From the NCBI GenBank assembly GCA_002269645.1, contig NIVC01000685.1, positions 1 to 64,000 on the forward strand: a stretch of DNA of 64,000 nt, read 5' to 3'. Shown here one piece after another: positions 25,190-37,546 of this stretch. Each line of letters starts with the position of its first letter. Positions within the stretch are counted from its first letter, which is position 1. The notes beneath the pieces were generated by a model that worked only from the letters and a program-made list of their open reading frames with translations, had not been told where the DNA came from and searched no databases. This stretch comes from Macrostomum lignano (lineage: Eukaryota). The position numbers and the translations under genes were made by a program.

Positions 25190-27030
25190 GGCGTGTTTCA
25201 GGGCCTGGGCGCAAATGTAGGCCGCACCGCAGTGTCCGGGGCGCCAGCGTCAGCCAGCAGGCAGTCGACGAAACTCAGAGTGCGCGCCTGCCCCCGCCGG
25301 TAGGGTGCGTCCACGGCTACCCGTGCGTCCACGGGTGCGTCCACGGCTACGTCGCAGATCCTCGCGAACGTCAGGCACCAGACCGCCGAGGTAGACAAAC
25401 TGCTGACAGCTCGTCACCTGTCCGTCAGCGCCTCGGCAGACAATAGCAGCCTCAACGTCGTCCGGCACCGCAGAGCACGGCGGTCTTCTGCGTTTTGACC
25501 ACGCGGACGCTCCCCGCAACATTTACCAGCCGGTCAGGCTAGCGCTGGGCGCCCTCGACAGTCGAGGACAGCAGGGCGCTGAGCAGCCTCTCCGGTTGAC
25601 GTCAACCCACGCGTCGCTGCAGCAGGAAGCCGTCTTCGTAAAGAGAGAGAGCAGTCCGCAGCACCCAGTCAAGCACCAGGACGAACAGGTATCTCCCTGA
25701 AACACCTCAGAAGATGTCTCAAAGAAATCCGACAGGCCGTCTGGTGTTAGTAGAGCAGCGTTCGTGCCATGATACAGCGCCATGAAGGCGGAAATCAGCT
25801 GCTCTGGCACGTGAGCACGAAGCACCATAGGGAGCACGGCCCTCACGACAGAGTCGAAATCCTTCCTGAAGTCGATAAAGAGAGCAATCAGGCTCGACTG
25901 GCGGGTCCGTGCTTCCTCGATGACTCGGCGAAGAGCCAGGATCTGTGCCTGCACTGCGCCGCGATGGGGCCGGAAGCCGTTCTGCTGCAATTACCTCGAT
26001 AGCAGCATCAGGTTGAACAGCTTTGTAGCGTAGAACTGCAGGCAGATACTCAAGTGTGTTCCTCAAGCCTCGTGGTGCCCGGCTTCTTTGGAATAGCGAT
26101 GATGTGCGCTGTGATCCATTGGTTGGATGCCGCCTCACCGAAAGCATACGCGGTTCATCACACTGGCGACCTCTCTGGCAACACAGTGGAGTCGCAACGC
26201 TTCGATGGGCACCTCGTCCGGACCCAGCGCTCTGCCTCGGCTGTGCTGACTGTTGCTACATTGAAACTCTCCTCTGCCGGCAACAGCGTCCCTTGGCGGC
26301 CGATCGTTTGGCAACGGGAACGGCGGCGCGTTCAAGATAGCGGCGAAGAACTCGCGCAGGCGCGCAGCTCGTTTCTCGGAGTATCGCCGGCCAGGTTGAG
26401 CGGGATGCGCCGCTTCCGCCTGGTCAGAGCTTCATGGCGGTCCAGGCCACGCGCCCTTTGGCGTCGGGTCCCAGCGGCGGTGACGGCCTGGATGGCGTCA
26501 TCAACAGCGGCCTGTTGCCGCTGCAGGTAGACAGCAGCCAGAGTCTCCTCCGCCTCGCGAGTTGGCCACCTGCTCAGACGGAGCTTCTCCAGCTCTGCCC
26601 TCGCTTGCCGAATCGCAGGGTCATCCTGTCCGACCGGCTGTCTACGTTGGGCCGGTCGCTTCAGCGGGACTGCTCTAACTGCGGCGCTTACCTCGCCAAG
26701 CGCGCTGACAAAGGCACTAGCGCAATGACGACGGGCCTGGGTCTCCTTGAGCGCACGGTAGTAGCGCTGCAGTGGCTGCTTCGGCGGACGGTAAAGCGGA
26801 TTGTATACAAGCAGGTCGCTGACGAGGAGCCGATGGTCGGACCACAAAGCCAGCGGCGTGATATGGCGGCAGTTGACAGCACGGCGACGCTCACGAAGAC
26901 TCACAAGCACGTGATCGAACCCTGCCTCCGCGCTGAGTCCAGCTGGCAGGCCACATCATACTGCCCACAGCCGGTGCTGAAGGTGCTGCTGCTGAACGTT
27001 GCGTTCTTCAGGAGTGTTGCCATCTGGTTT
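25190..27030 (-). mobile_element. Decayed, 5'-truncated RTE-like non-LTR retrotransposon
   Basis: Endonuclease C-terminal SDH motif (ALWSDHRLL) and RT motifs QNGFRPHRG, FIDFRKDFDSV, QGDT and FVYLGG across several frames. The YADD motif appears to be deleted near 25580. Confidence 0.9.
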
Positions 27031-28884
27031 TTTGGTAGGGGGACAAAGTCAGAAGAATCCTAAATAATTTTGGAAATGAGGTTTTGTTTGCACTCATTTT
27101 GGCGCCGTAGACAGGTGCTTATTTTGATACAGAAAGCAGAGCACTATATATTTTGGCGTCCGAAAGCAAAATTATTGATTCAAAAGTTACATGTTTAACA
27201 CAATTATAGGTGGGGTGGGGAGGAACAAAGTATTGGAATCTCCCCCTAATCATTACGATCTCATTTTGAAGCTGTAATGCATGTGCATGCATATTTTATT
27301 ACTGAGTTCGTCGTCAAGTTTTTGGCTAGTATTTGACAAAATACTATATTTGTTTTTGATCAGATTTTCTATAACTAAAAGCTGCCCATTGAAGCTTCAG
27401 GGTACGATTCTGAAAAAATTAAATGCTATTCGCGCAAAACCACATTGTTCATGACTAAAGCAGCCAAGCCTTCAATTTTTAGGTAACAGTCATATACATT
27501 ATAGTCAGTCAGAAAAAGTTACGTAATGTCTCATATGATCAACGAGACGCAGTGCAGCTCAGCTGCATTAACGAATGCATTGGGGAGGTTCATGTGCCAG
27601 ATCCTGCATGGTTATACTGATTTTAAAACCAACAACGTCAACACTTATCCCAAAACTGCGAGCAATTAATTACAAAGGGAAATAATACGAGTAGAATGCT
27701 AGCTACTAGCTACTGAAACGCGTCGAGTATACAGGGTATATAGGCGCGTATCGAATTACATTATTCTTCCATAAAATAAATTATTAAGCTAATTACTGTA
27801 AATAATCATGCCAAAAAGTTTAGCGTATAATTTTCATGCATTCATACTTGCTATTCCGCTATGAATGTGAAATAATTTAAAACTACACTGACCAATACAT
27901 GGTGCAAGAGCGCAAGCATGAATGTACCTGTCGTATTTTAATATTGTCAAAACATTGAAGTCAACAACTACGAGTAATAAAATCAACAACTTCAAAGAAG
28001 ACATCAAGTTTGAAACGCTGTCATTATTTTAGTATTCACCTTGGCAAATATACTTTAAACTTGTTATACTTAACAGATTGTCGAAGCTTCTTCGCAAAAG
28101 TTTAAATTGAGTTGTAAATATGAATATTTAATGCGGATTTTTGTGTTGTAACTTTTTGTTGATAATTTCCTAAATTATCAACTAAATTATTCTCTAATTG
28201 TAAGTAATTCTTTCGTACCAAGAGTAGAAAAGCGTAAATTTTACCCGAGCTATCAATTACTAGGCCTATGTTAACGCTTTCGAACGTAAATACCCTTCTT
28301 ACTTTGAAAGAGTGGCTCTGCTGCTAAGCGAGCTAGCTACTACTATATAAGCTTACGAATGGGTAAGTCATCAGTGGCGGATCTCGAATTTCATTTGGGG
28401 GGGCACAAAATAATATAAAATCTTATGTTGTAGGGGATATTTCTGTCTGTTAAGATCCCACTGCTGCCACCAAAGTTGTGGTAGGTGTCTTTACTATTAT
28501 TGTATTTTTATTCCACTATGCCACCAAGTTGTACCAGGGGTGTTTAACTATTGTAGACTATCTTACCGATGTCACCAAGTTGTTGTAGGGCTATCCACTT
28601 CCTAGTTTATAATCACGCTGCTGAATCGAGTTGTTGTAATTTAGAATAGTTATTACTCCATAAAATTGCTTAGTCAATTATTGTTTCTTAGAAAATATCA
28701 AGTCTAGAATTCTAATCTAAGGACTCCTTGAATCTATGCAAGTCGCCCTGGTAGCAGTGTCGAGCGGCAAACACTGATCTACATGTAGTTTGAATTTCAC
28801 CACTATTATTATTACTACTATTAATCCCCTATATTTAGTTGCGGGCTCCCTGGGAAGGAGTTGCCCGACTCGTCGACCGTCTAT

Positions 28885-29100
28885 TTCTGGCTTCTCACAG
28901 CTCTCCTGGCCTCTCACGGCCTTTTCTGGCTTCTTACAGCTCTCCTGGCCTCTCACGGCTTTTTCTGGCTTCTTACAGCTTTCCTGGCCTCTTACGGCTT
29001 TTCTGGCTTCTTACAGCTTTCTTAGCCTCTTACGGCTTTTTCTGGCTTCTTACAGCTTTCCTGGCCTCTTACGGCCTTTTCTGGCTTCTTACAGCTTTCT
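28885..29100 (+). repeat. 38-39-bp minisatellite (about 6 copies) upstream of the SAMD9-like gene
   Basis: Direct inspection; 13-aa periodicity in the ORF track. Confidence 0.9.
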
Positions 29101-29431
29101 CTCCTGTCTTGCTTTCCAGTGACTAAGACAACACGTTTTGCTTTGCTTAACCGAATCAAGGAAACGGCGGGATAAAGAAAAAGTTGCCCGCAATCGCTTG
29201 TATTTATAGTCTCAAAAAGGGGGAGGTGGGGTGCGCGGGTCGTGAATAAACAAATTTCTTTATAGCGGTTTAACAAAATAATTTTCCCGAATAAAACAAA
29301 CCCATTAAAACAAAGATTTCGTTCTAACAAAAATGCGTTGTTAAGCGTAGTTTGGCGGAAATTTAAAATCATGGTTACGTGAATATTTAAACACATCGGG
29401 CCTGCCTCACTTATACTTTTTTATCTATACT

Positions 29432-29552
29432 ATGGATGTTTATGACCATAATCCAAACAAAAATGTTCCAGATGATTTGCAGGACTCCAATTCATCCGAA
29501 GGAGAAGAGGAGCTACAGGAAACTCCTTTGGATACAACTTTGCTCAGAAACT
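29432..29552 (+). CDS. SAMD9-like gene, probable first coding exon (40 aa, acidic)
   Basis: ATG at 29432. Donor T|GTAAGT is phase 1 and matches the phase-1 acceptor tcttcag|GT at 30772. Confidence 0.7.
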
Positions 29553-30771
29553 GTAAGTTAATAATTTGTTGCTTGTTTGTTTGTTTTATATATATATATA
29601 TATTTAAAAGTTCTTTTAATGTATCCCTTCCTTCCAAGTTGTTGTAGGCTTATAATCTCTTAGTTACTCCACCCTACTAATGCCAACAATTTGTTGTAGG
29701 TCTGTTTCTTCTCTCTGATAAATCCCACTTAAATGCCACCAAGTTGTTACAGCGAAACTTATTCTATCTTCTGTAATCCCACCAATGTTACCAAGTTGCT
29801 ATTACTAAGTCTTCTACTTGACCTCATCTCACCTCTGTTGCCTCAATGTACTACAAATATCTTACTAACTGTGAATGGGCTATCGTCAGTACGATCTACC
29901 CTGGTAGCTTAAGTGCCCGAGCAGCAACAGCAAGACACTGCTGACTACTAAGCACTACGACCTAACTTGTACAGTCCAACACGGTGTTACCAATGACAGC
30001 ACTACCTATCCTGACTTAGCGCTGTATCACGCTATTTCGGCTGTAACAGTTTATGTCCACTTCTGGGGAATCCTTCCGCAGAATGCTTACTTACCAATCA
30101 ACTGGCAAAAACGCCCTTTGTTTATCCAAAACGGCTTTACTACTCTGTAATCCTGCTTTACTCAACAATCACTGACTTAAACTTTTCACCTCAAATAACT
30201 GAGACAGAAAGACTGCTTAATTAACGTTTTGTTTGAACCAAAGATACAATTAACTAGTTAGGCTAACTTCCAAGGTTGATTATTCTCGAGTCTATTTTCC
30301 TTCTATTTATACTGTCGAAATATTCTCCCATTGGACAACAAAATAGCTATTAAAACAAAACTTCGTTAAAACAAAATTAGTTAGATCGGCAAAACAAAAC
30401 TCATTTCGGTTAAACTAACTAGCGTATTTAAACGAATAGACGTATATACTTAAAGAGTTTTATTGCGGAGATTGAAATAAAATAGTAATTTCTAAAATAA
30501 AGATAGATTAAAATGCACCCCATTGCAATTTCTTTATTTATTCTTTTATCCTACTTATTTATCTGATTAATAGTTTTTTATAAAGCTACAATTTTACTTA
30601 ACATGTAATCAAAATTCATGGTTCAAACTTTCATCATTCTGTCGTGTACTGCAGATTCATATTTTTCTGAAATCATAGTACTTGCTGTTTTACATTTCAA
30701 TATGAAATACTTGAAAGCTTGGCTATAATTAATGAGTATATTTATTTTATTATTTTTATTTCAATCTTCAG

Positions 30772-33700
30772 GTGCAAGCCTAAGTCGTGACAAGAGGGCG
30801 TTTCTACATTTCTCCACAGAACAGAAGATTTTTATCTACCTGCTTAGCAAAAATGTGAAAGAGTCTACACACGTGGAGTTTAAATCATCCATGATGTCAG
30901 ATGATATCAACTACCGGATGCTGCGCTCTGCCTGCTCCATGTACAATGGGCTGCAGCCGGATCTCCGTGAGCCCAGCATCACTGACTCTAGTCGTGGAAG
31001 CTCTTACGTGATCTACGGCATTGAGGAGGAAAGTCGAAAGAGTTCAACCATGAGAAAGAACTTTTCCCCTTTACAGTATCTCAAAGGGGAAGAAGAGATC
31101 CAGGATTTATTTAATTCCAGCACGCTCCCGAGTATTGAGGTATACTTTCATCGGGTGCAGTTTGATGCAGATGTGAACTTTAAATCTGTTGGCTGCATCA
31201 CCAAAGGATCGTACGGTCTGCTCGAAATTCCTGCTGGAGAATGCGGTCCAGTGTACTTCAAAAATAGATCTAGACGAACTTCGGGCAAAGCCAGAATTGA
31301 TAATCTACTACTTTATACAAGAAACGATGCAAAAAACTTGCCAGAAGAAGAGTGGGACCAATCGATGCGAGAGCGCGTATTCAGTCAGTTCAAGCAGCGT
31401 TTCGATGCCAAAGCGCTGTATTTCGTTAGGAATAAATTGGAAACGGCAATGAAATCTTTCCGAGTGCTTATTTTAACAAAGTTTTCCGGTGTGACCAGTC
31501 CTGCCGACAAAGAAAAACTGTCTAGAGCTCTTGGTCGCGGCAAATGGGAGATAATAATCGATTTCGATCACGAAAGTCGAAAACCAGGTGGTCATTGTGC
31601 ATTGATAGAAGAAGAAATGAACAAACAAGGTCGACTTTACTCATTGAAGGCTTGCACAGAGCTCTCAGAAAAAATAGACATAAGCGACTTGGAAGAGTGC
31701 CAACGAGGTGACCGAACAATTTACATTCAAGCCAATGGCTGCACAGAGCGTTCTATTTCTGTGCCTAAAAATCCTGCAAAGGTAAAAAAGCTGATCCGTT
31801 CAAATGCCTTGGAGCCGGTTTTTGAAAGGAACGTGACCCCAAAGCCAGTCCTGTGTCTCGCACTATTCATCACGGCCACTGCAGACGAATTCCTATCATC
31901 GGCAGTCAGACCCGATATTATACCTGGCCTACTGAAGGACGCCTATGAGTCTGAGTCTGGTAGCTCGGAAGAGTTTCAACTAATCACTCTATACACTAAT
32001 GAAGCGGTGAAGAATAGTTTAAAGAATATGCATGGCTCTGAGTCCTATGTCGCACCAGACAATCAAATAGGCTACATGCTAAACGACCTAAGCCCATCGG
32101 GATGTCGGCAACAAGATTATGAACTGCCGGGCGTCTCTGGCGTATTCAACGTTACACGCGAGACCTTCGCTTGCTACAAACCGTACCTTCGACTGTATCA
32201 CATCAGAGCTGGTGAAAAAGGTTACTTAAATTTGGACGAAAAGCAAAGAGAGAGTAGGGCTGTTGAGCTTATTCGTGAGTTTCTAGCTGGTAGCGAACTT
32301 TCAAGAGAAATGCTCTACTTTAACGAACAGCTGGAATACAAAAATTCAAACAAAAGAGTTTATGTTAAGCGCAGAGAAATTGAAAGACTAAAAAACCGGG
32401 TGAAAAACGCCCTGGATCATTGCAAGGATCGCAATGCTGCAAACGTAAGTGTCCTCGAAAACCAAATCGTCCGTTTTCCGCATGATCCGCTCTCAGGAGC
32501 AACGACCATTGCTCGAGTCGTCTTGTGGCAGTTGCGTCAAGAATATCCCTGTCTGGAGGTAAATTCTATGTGCACCAGTAAGCTAAAGGAAATTATTGAG
32601 GCTGTTCGTTTGATTTTCAAGGCATCAGGACTTCCTGTACTCATACTGTTTGACTCGCATACCGCTGACTTCATCACGGTCCAAACGTTTGTCAGTGAGT
32701 TAAGACTGCTTACACCAAGCCCACAATTTGTTGCCTTATTTGCTGAACAGGTGGCTCCTAGTGGTCTTGACTCGTTTCGTCAGCCATCAAATTCCCGAGT
32801 TCTAGTGCTCACTATGGAGCTTGGCGATGAAGAAACTGAAGCATTCACTGCTATTTATGACAGCGTAGGAGGCGATGTTCATTTTGAAAAGTTTGCTACC
32901 GAAGTTGGTGACGAGACCGAATGCACACCGTTCCTTTTCGGCGTGTGGTATTTCAAGAGAGACTATCGCAGAATCAAAGAATTTGTCGAGCTCCTTCTCA
33001 CCGACATTGATGATAGTAAGAAAAAACTGCTGTTTGTTGCGTCTATGGTTCAGCGCTTTACTCATGCACCGCTTGACCTCGCCATCGCTGCTCACTGTGT
33101 TGGACTTGGACTATCACCTGCGCAAGGCGATCCCAGCAGGACTCTGGCTATCCTCGGCAAGCAGAGACACTTGTTGACAGTGCAAAAGCACACACGAGTC
33201 TTTGGGTTTGCGCCTGTATTTGTTGTCGGAAATTTCATTCTGGAGTACCTATTCCGAGAGATTGCTGATGAGGAAAAAGAAACTAAAGAGTTCGGAGCGT
33301 TTATCGACGACATTTGCGGCATGGCAGAATGTCCTCAGCTCCTGCCTTGTCTACAAAAACTTGTTCAAGACCTTATTACTTGTGACAAGCGCCTGTTAGA
33401 TCCACGCAAATTGTTTACTGATTTTATAATGTCGATCTCGAATCTCTGCACCTCAAAAAACCAACTTTCCTGGACTGAGGTTGAAGATGTTTTCATTAGG
33501 CTTGCAAAAACATTTTCCGAGAAACGACCTCATATTTTGATTTACTGCGCTCGCCTATTTTCATACGGGCCGCATGACTACGAAAAGTCTCTTGAACTAG
33601 TTCGAAAAGCTCTTGACTTGAAAGATGACGAAGGATTTATATACACCCAGTGCAATGACGATGTGGTGTTAGGCTTATCCGCACATCTTATTAACTGCCG

Positions 33701-34922
33701 CCTAAATTCAGGGAAGCCATTGCCGTTTTAAGAGCTGGAACGACTTGCCTGTGAAAGCATAGATCTGTGTCACAAAGCGCAAAATAAAAGACGCAGCTTA
33801 AAATTCAACGACGGAGAATTCCGGGCGCATCCGTACTGCAACGAGATTCAAGCTCAACGCGTCCTGTTAAACAAGTTTTTCTCTGAAGTTTGCGATGGCA
33901 AGACGGAAGCATATTTCAGTAAGCTTCGGCAATCCGAGTACGAGACAGTTCTGCGTACGCATGAGACAATTCTACAAAATATCTTTAAGCTGGAAGACAT
34001 GTACGAGGATGGCAGAGTACGCCAGGATACTTTTACACAAAAGCAGATGCTGAAAATCAGAGAAACTAAGATGGAATTCATCAAGCGGTGCTACCCCAGT
34101 GCAGAGAAAACGGAATTTAGTACTTTCCCATTTGCGTGGGTGGCTGTCGAGTATTACCTGCGTGATTGTAAATCTGTCAATCAACCAACTGCTGAATTTG
34201 AAGCTGACGACTTTTCAGCTGACCAATACGTTTGCTTTTTCGGCCGCTGGGATCGAGGATGGGAGATTCGGCATTTGAGTCGAGATACAAAGGAAAAGCT
34301 TCTCAATATTTTGGAGAGTTGTAAGTCTAAGCTCGCTAAGAACTACTTTGAACTGTGCATCATTTTAATCACATTTAAGCCACCAAATGCACTCGATCGG
34401 GCTCTGAAAGTTTCTCAAGAATGGTGCAGAAAGCACGAGTCCGATTTTCTAGCGCATTTTATGCACGGAGCTTTTCTACTAGTGAAAGCTATAACTACAG
34501 AGAATAATGAAGTCCTGCGGCTGGCTAAAAACTCGTTGGATGCGTGCAACAAGGCAACGATTCTGCAGTCTACACCCGATGGCGTGTTCAAACGGCGATA
34601 CGGGTCCACGCGACCCAGGTTCATAATCCGTCAGCAGACCAAAAGCGTAGTCGATATGCTCGGTTTCTTTCCAAGAAAGCAGCAGCACGGAGAACAGAAA
34701 GGCAACTTGCGTTGGCGGCTAGGGGCTTATTTGTTCAATGGAAGCCTCGAAGAAAACAGTGAACTTCGGTGCCGTGATCGAATTCTCGCTAGTTGGCGGT
34801 TTCCCGTGCCGCCAAAGTCGGTTTCGGAGGAAATGATGAAGAAAAAGTTGTTGGTTTCGTTCTTGTTAACACTTTCGTTTGTTGGCCCAGTCCCAATAGA
34901 CATCCATAGAGCATCCATGTAG
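30772..34922 (+). CDS. SAMD9-like: SAMD9/SAMD9L-family protein: AlbA_2, SIR2-like, STAND NTPase, TPR, OB fold; one in-frame TAA at 33729-33731
   Basis: AlbA_2 motifs ESTHVEFK, RSACSMYN, YVIYGIEE. Middle domain KWEIIIDFDHES and YIQANG. NTPase HDPLSGATTIARVVLWQLRQEYPC (SAMD9 [24 protein letters not shown]) and PVLILFDS. C-terminus SFLLTLSFVGPVPIDI (SAMD9 SFYLGFSIGGPLAYDI). ORFs 30732..33731 and 33999..34922 share a frame. The reference motifs are recalled from memory. Confidence 0.88.
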
Positions 34923-34989
34923 CTCCCATAATTCCCGCAACAAGAAGCATTTAGTCGAGTTCCATTTTCCGCAGTTTTAGTCGATGACT

Positions 34990-35420
34990 TTTACTCGTAG
35001 TTAGCGGCTAAACTGTTTATCGCTAATTTAGGCTTCTTCTTCGATAGAACTTTGGTAGAAATCTCCATTGGCAGCATCTATTGATTGCGTGGTTTCTTTA
35101 AAGTCAGGGTCACGAAAGAAGCCACAGATGGTTGTTAACTGCTGGTATTGGCCATACGAATTGTAGTCCTGCGGCTATCGAGACAATCGAACCAACCGAA
35201 TAACGTTCTCCCATTTTGTTTGCAAACTTCGTAAAAAAACGTGGCAACAGGTCCCGTAGCTGATCATGATTCAATTCATCTACCGGATCGTTGGAAGGTG
35301 GGGGAATCTGGCTGTGATCCATCAAGTGAAAACATTACTAGCCGACTTGTCTCTTAAATGTCTTCCATGACTTTGGTTTGGTCAGACAAATCGGCTGGTA
35401 TGAGACACTCCGGATACCTC
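34990..35420 (-). mobile_element. Decayed Crypton / DUF3504-type tyrosine-recombinase element fragment
   Basis: DELNHDQLRDLLPRFFTKFANKMGERYSVGSIVSIAAGLQ then, after a frameshift, FFRDPDFKETTQSIDA resemble the N-terminal motifs of Crypton/DUF3504 proteins. No catalytic residues are visible. Confidence 0.55.
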
Positions 35421-37388
35421 TGAGGTAGTAGCTTAGGTGCTATAGTCCCTTGAAGCAATTGACAAGACCGAAAAACATGATAGTGACGAAGGTCTTCTGC
35501 AGTCAAAACGGCGTCGATATGATCAGTTTGATGCGACCGATTTGGATCAAAATCGCTGATGAAGTTATAAGTTGTGTAGTGTAGGAGTCGATTAATTATT
35601 ATTTAAATAATTATTTGCACGTATCCAAAACTGATACAGAGAGTTAATCACGCAACTCGATCATTCATCTGCTCTTCTTGTAAAAATATTTACAAAAACA
35701 AATTAAATTAAGACAAGAAATTAACAAGGCTCACCGGAATACTTATGGGGGCTACAAAAGCTCTACGTATATGAGTGCAAAGAAAGCTAAGTCTTTCTGA
35801 GCACTGTAAGCTTAATGAGCTGCATGTATTTTAAGCTTAAAATTATTTTTTTTAAATCGAACGTTTGTTTTAATTGATCAATTTTTATCTTAATGAGTTT
35901 GACATATTAATCATGTACAACACATGTGAAAGTTTATTTTTGATTTTAGAGGAGATTCTACTGTTATGCTAAAATTTTATGCAAGCTTTATTTTGTCTGT
36001 AGTTGCAGTCATGCTGATTTTCAAATAATTCCATTATCGAAAGCAGCAAAATTAAAAATTATATTTGAATATTTTACGAGCAACATTCGACACCCTGTTT
36101 TTTAATTCATCGTGTTTTAATTCTTAATTCGCTGTATAATGTTAAGCTTTACAATGGTGCAGCAGAAAAAATTAGCAATATACTAAGTGTCATCGATCAA
36201 CTCTTATCAGCAATTACTTAATTATAGATTATTGCTCAATATTAATCTTCGATATTTCTTAAGAATTTATTACTCGTTCTTCTACATGTACTTAACAAAA
36301 GCATGCTAATTTCGACTCGCGATAATTGTTATAATGTACTTAGTTAATAATGGCGCCTGTAATAAACTTTGACTCACGGTGTCAATTTTTATGCGATAAT
36401 TATTTTACTCCTGTTTAAATTTTTATCCAGTGCCATGAATTTTTTTAATATAAAAACTGTGTATTTTCGGTTGAGTTTTTTGTTTCAAAGTGCCACTGTG
36501 TCCGCCATTGTTTTACTTAATAAAGTAGCAGTTTAGAATGAAAATATATTTGATAAATCTGGCGCCAGGTTTAAAAAATAATTCAAATTTATAATATAGC
36601 GTATATTTTACTTATTTTTGAAATATATTAATGCGTGCAAATTGAGTTCTCTACGCTTTTTATTTCTCTTTTGCAAATAAGCCCCTTGCAGCACCAAAAT
36701 GAATGCAAGGCTGCGACACAATGAAGGGCCTGCGGTGCAAAACTTATAGTGCCTGTGCGGTCCCTAAACGACACCAATTCCAAATTAAAAGCTAGGTACT
36801 AGGTAATTTAGGAATTTGATCATGCAGAGTTCTTAATGCGCGAACTAACTGTACACGTAAAATCAATGGCGACACCTCTAAGACTCAGCGTTTTTAAATC
36901 AGCGCTAAAACTCAACGACTGGACAGACAAAAAGAAGCTGGACGCTTCACTAGTAGCTATATTAGTATTCTATTCTGCAAGCGGGCCTTCAAATCTGCTT
37001 GCTGACATATAACACTACGAACGTACGTGGTGATAAATTTGAAACGAAGTCCTTTGACGCTTTGCTAGCAGAGCAAGGCGAGAAGTCTGTAATCGTTTCG
37101 ATCAATACTAATGACTTCACAAGAGATCGCGCGAGGGCATCTTGGCTTATACAATCGCTGGTGGAAAGCAACTATACATGTACTGAGCGCTGTAAATTTG
37201 TCGACAACACTCGTCGGAGAGACTTGTGACCATCAGTTCAGATTTGGTCTCCATAAAAATTCGGAAATTGCTGTTCGAGAAAATCAAAGAATCTGACATG
37301 AGAGAATGAACGAGTGAAGCTTTCCAAAAAGGAGCGAAGAAGGACACGAGCGGCTCAATTAGCTGGGCTCTTCACAATAAAAACTGCA

Positions 37389-37546
37389 GTGCATGTGGGC
37401 ACAAAAAGCGCTTGTACAGTGCATGTGGGCACAAAAAGCGCTTGTACAGTGCATGTGGGCACAAAAAGCGCTTGTACAGTGCATGTGGGCACAAAAAGCG
37501 CTTGTACAGTGCATGTGGGCACAAAAAGCGCTTGTACAGTGCATGT
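37389..37546 (+). repeat. 30-bp tandem repeat, 5 copies (GTGCATGTGGGCACAAAAAGCGCTTGTACA)
   Basis: Perfect copies seen directly. Confidence 0.97.

Noticed and set aside
33729-33731. TAA as a reassigned sense codon
   Set aside because: It is a single instance, and no other reconstructed exon contains an in-frame TAA.
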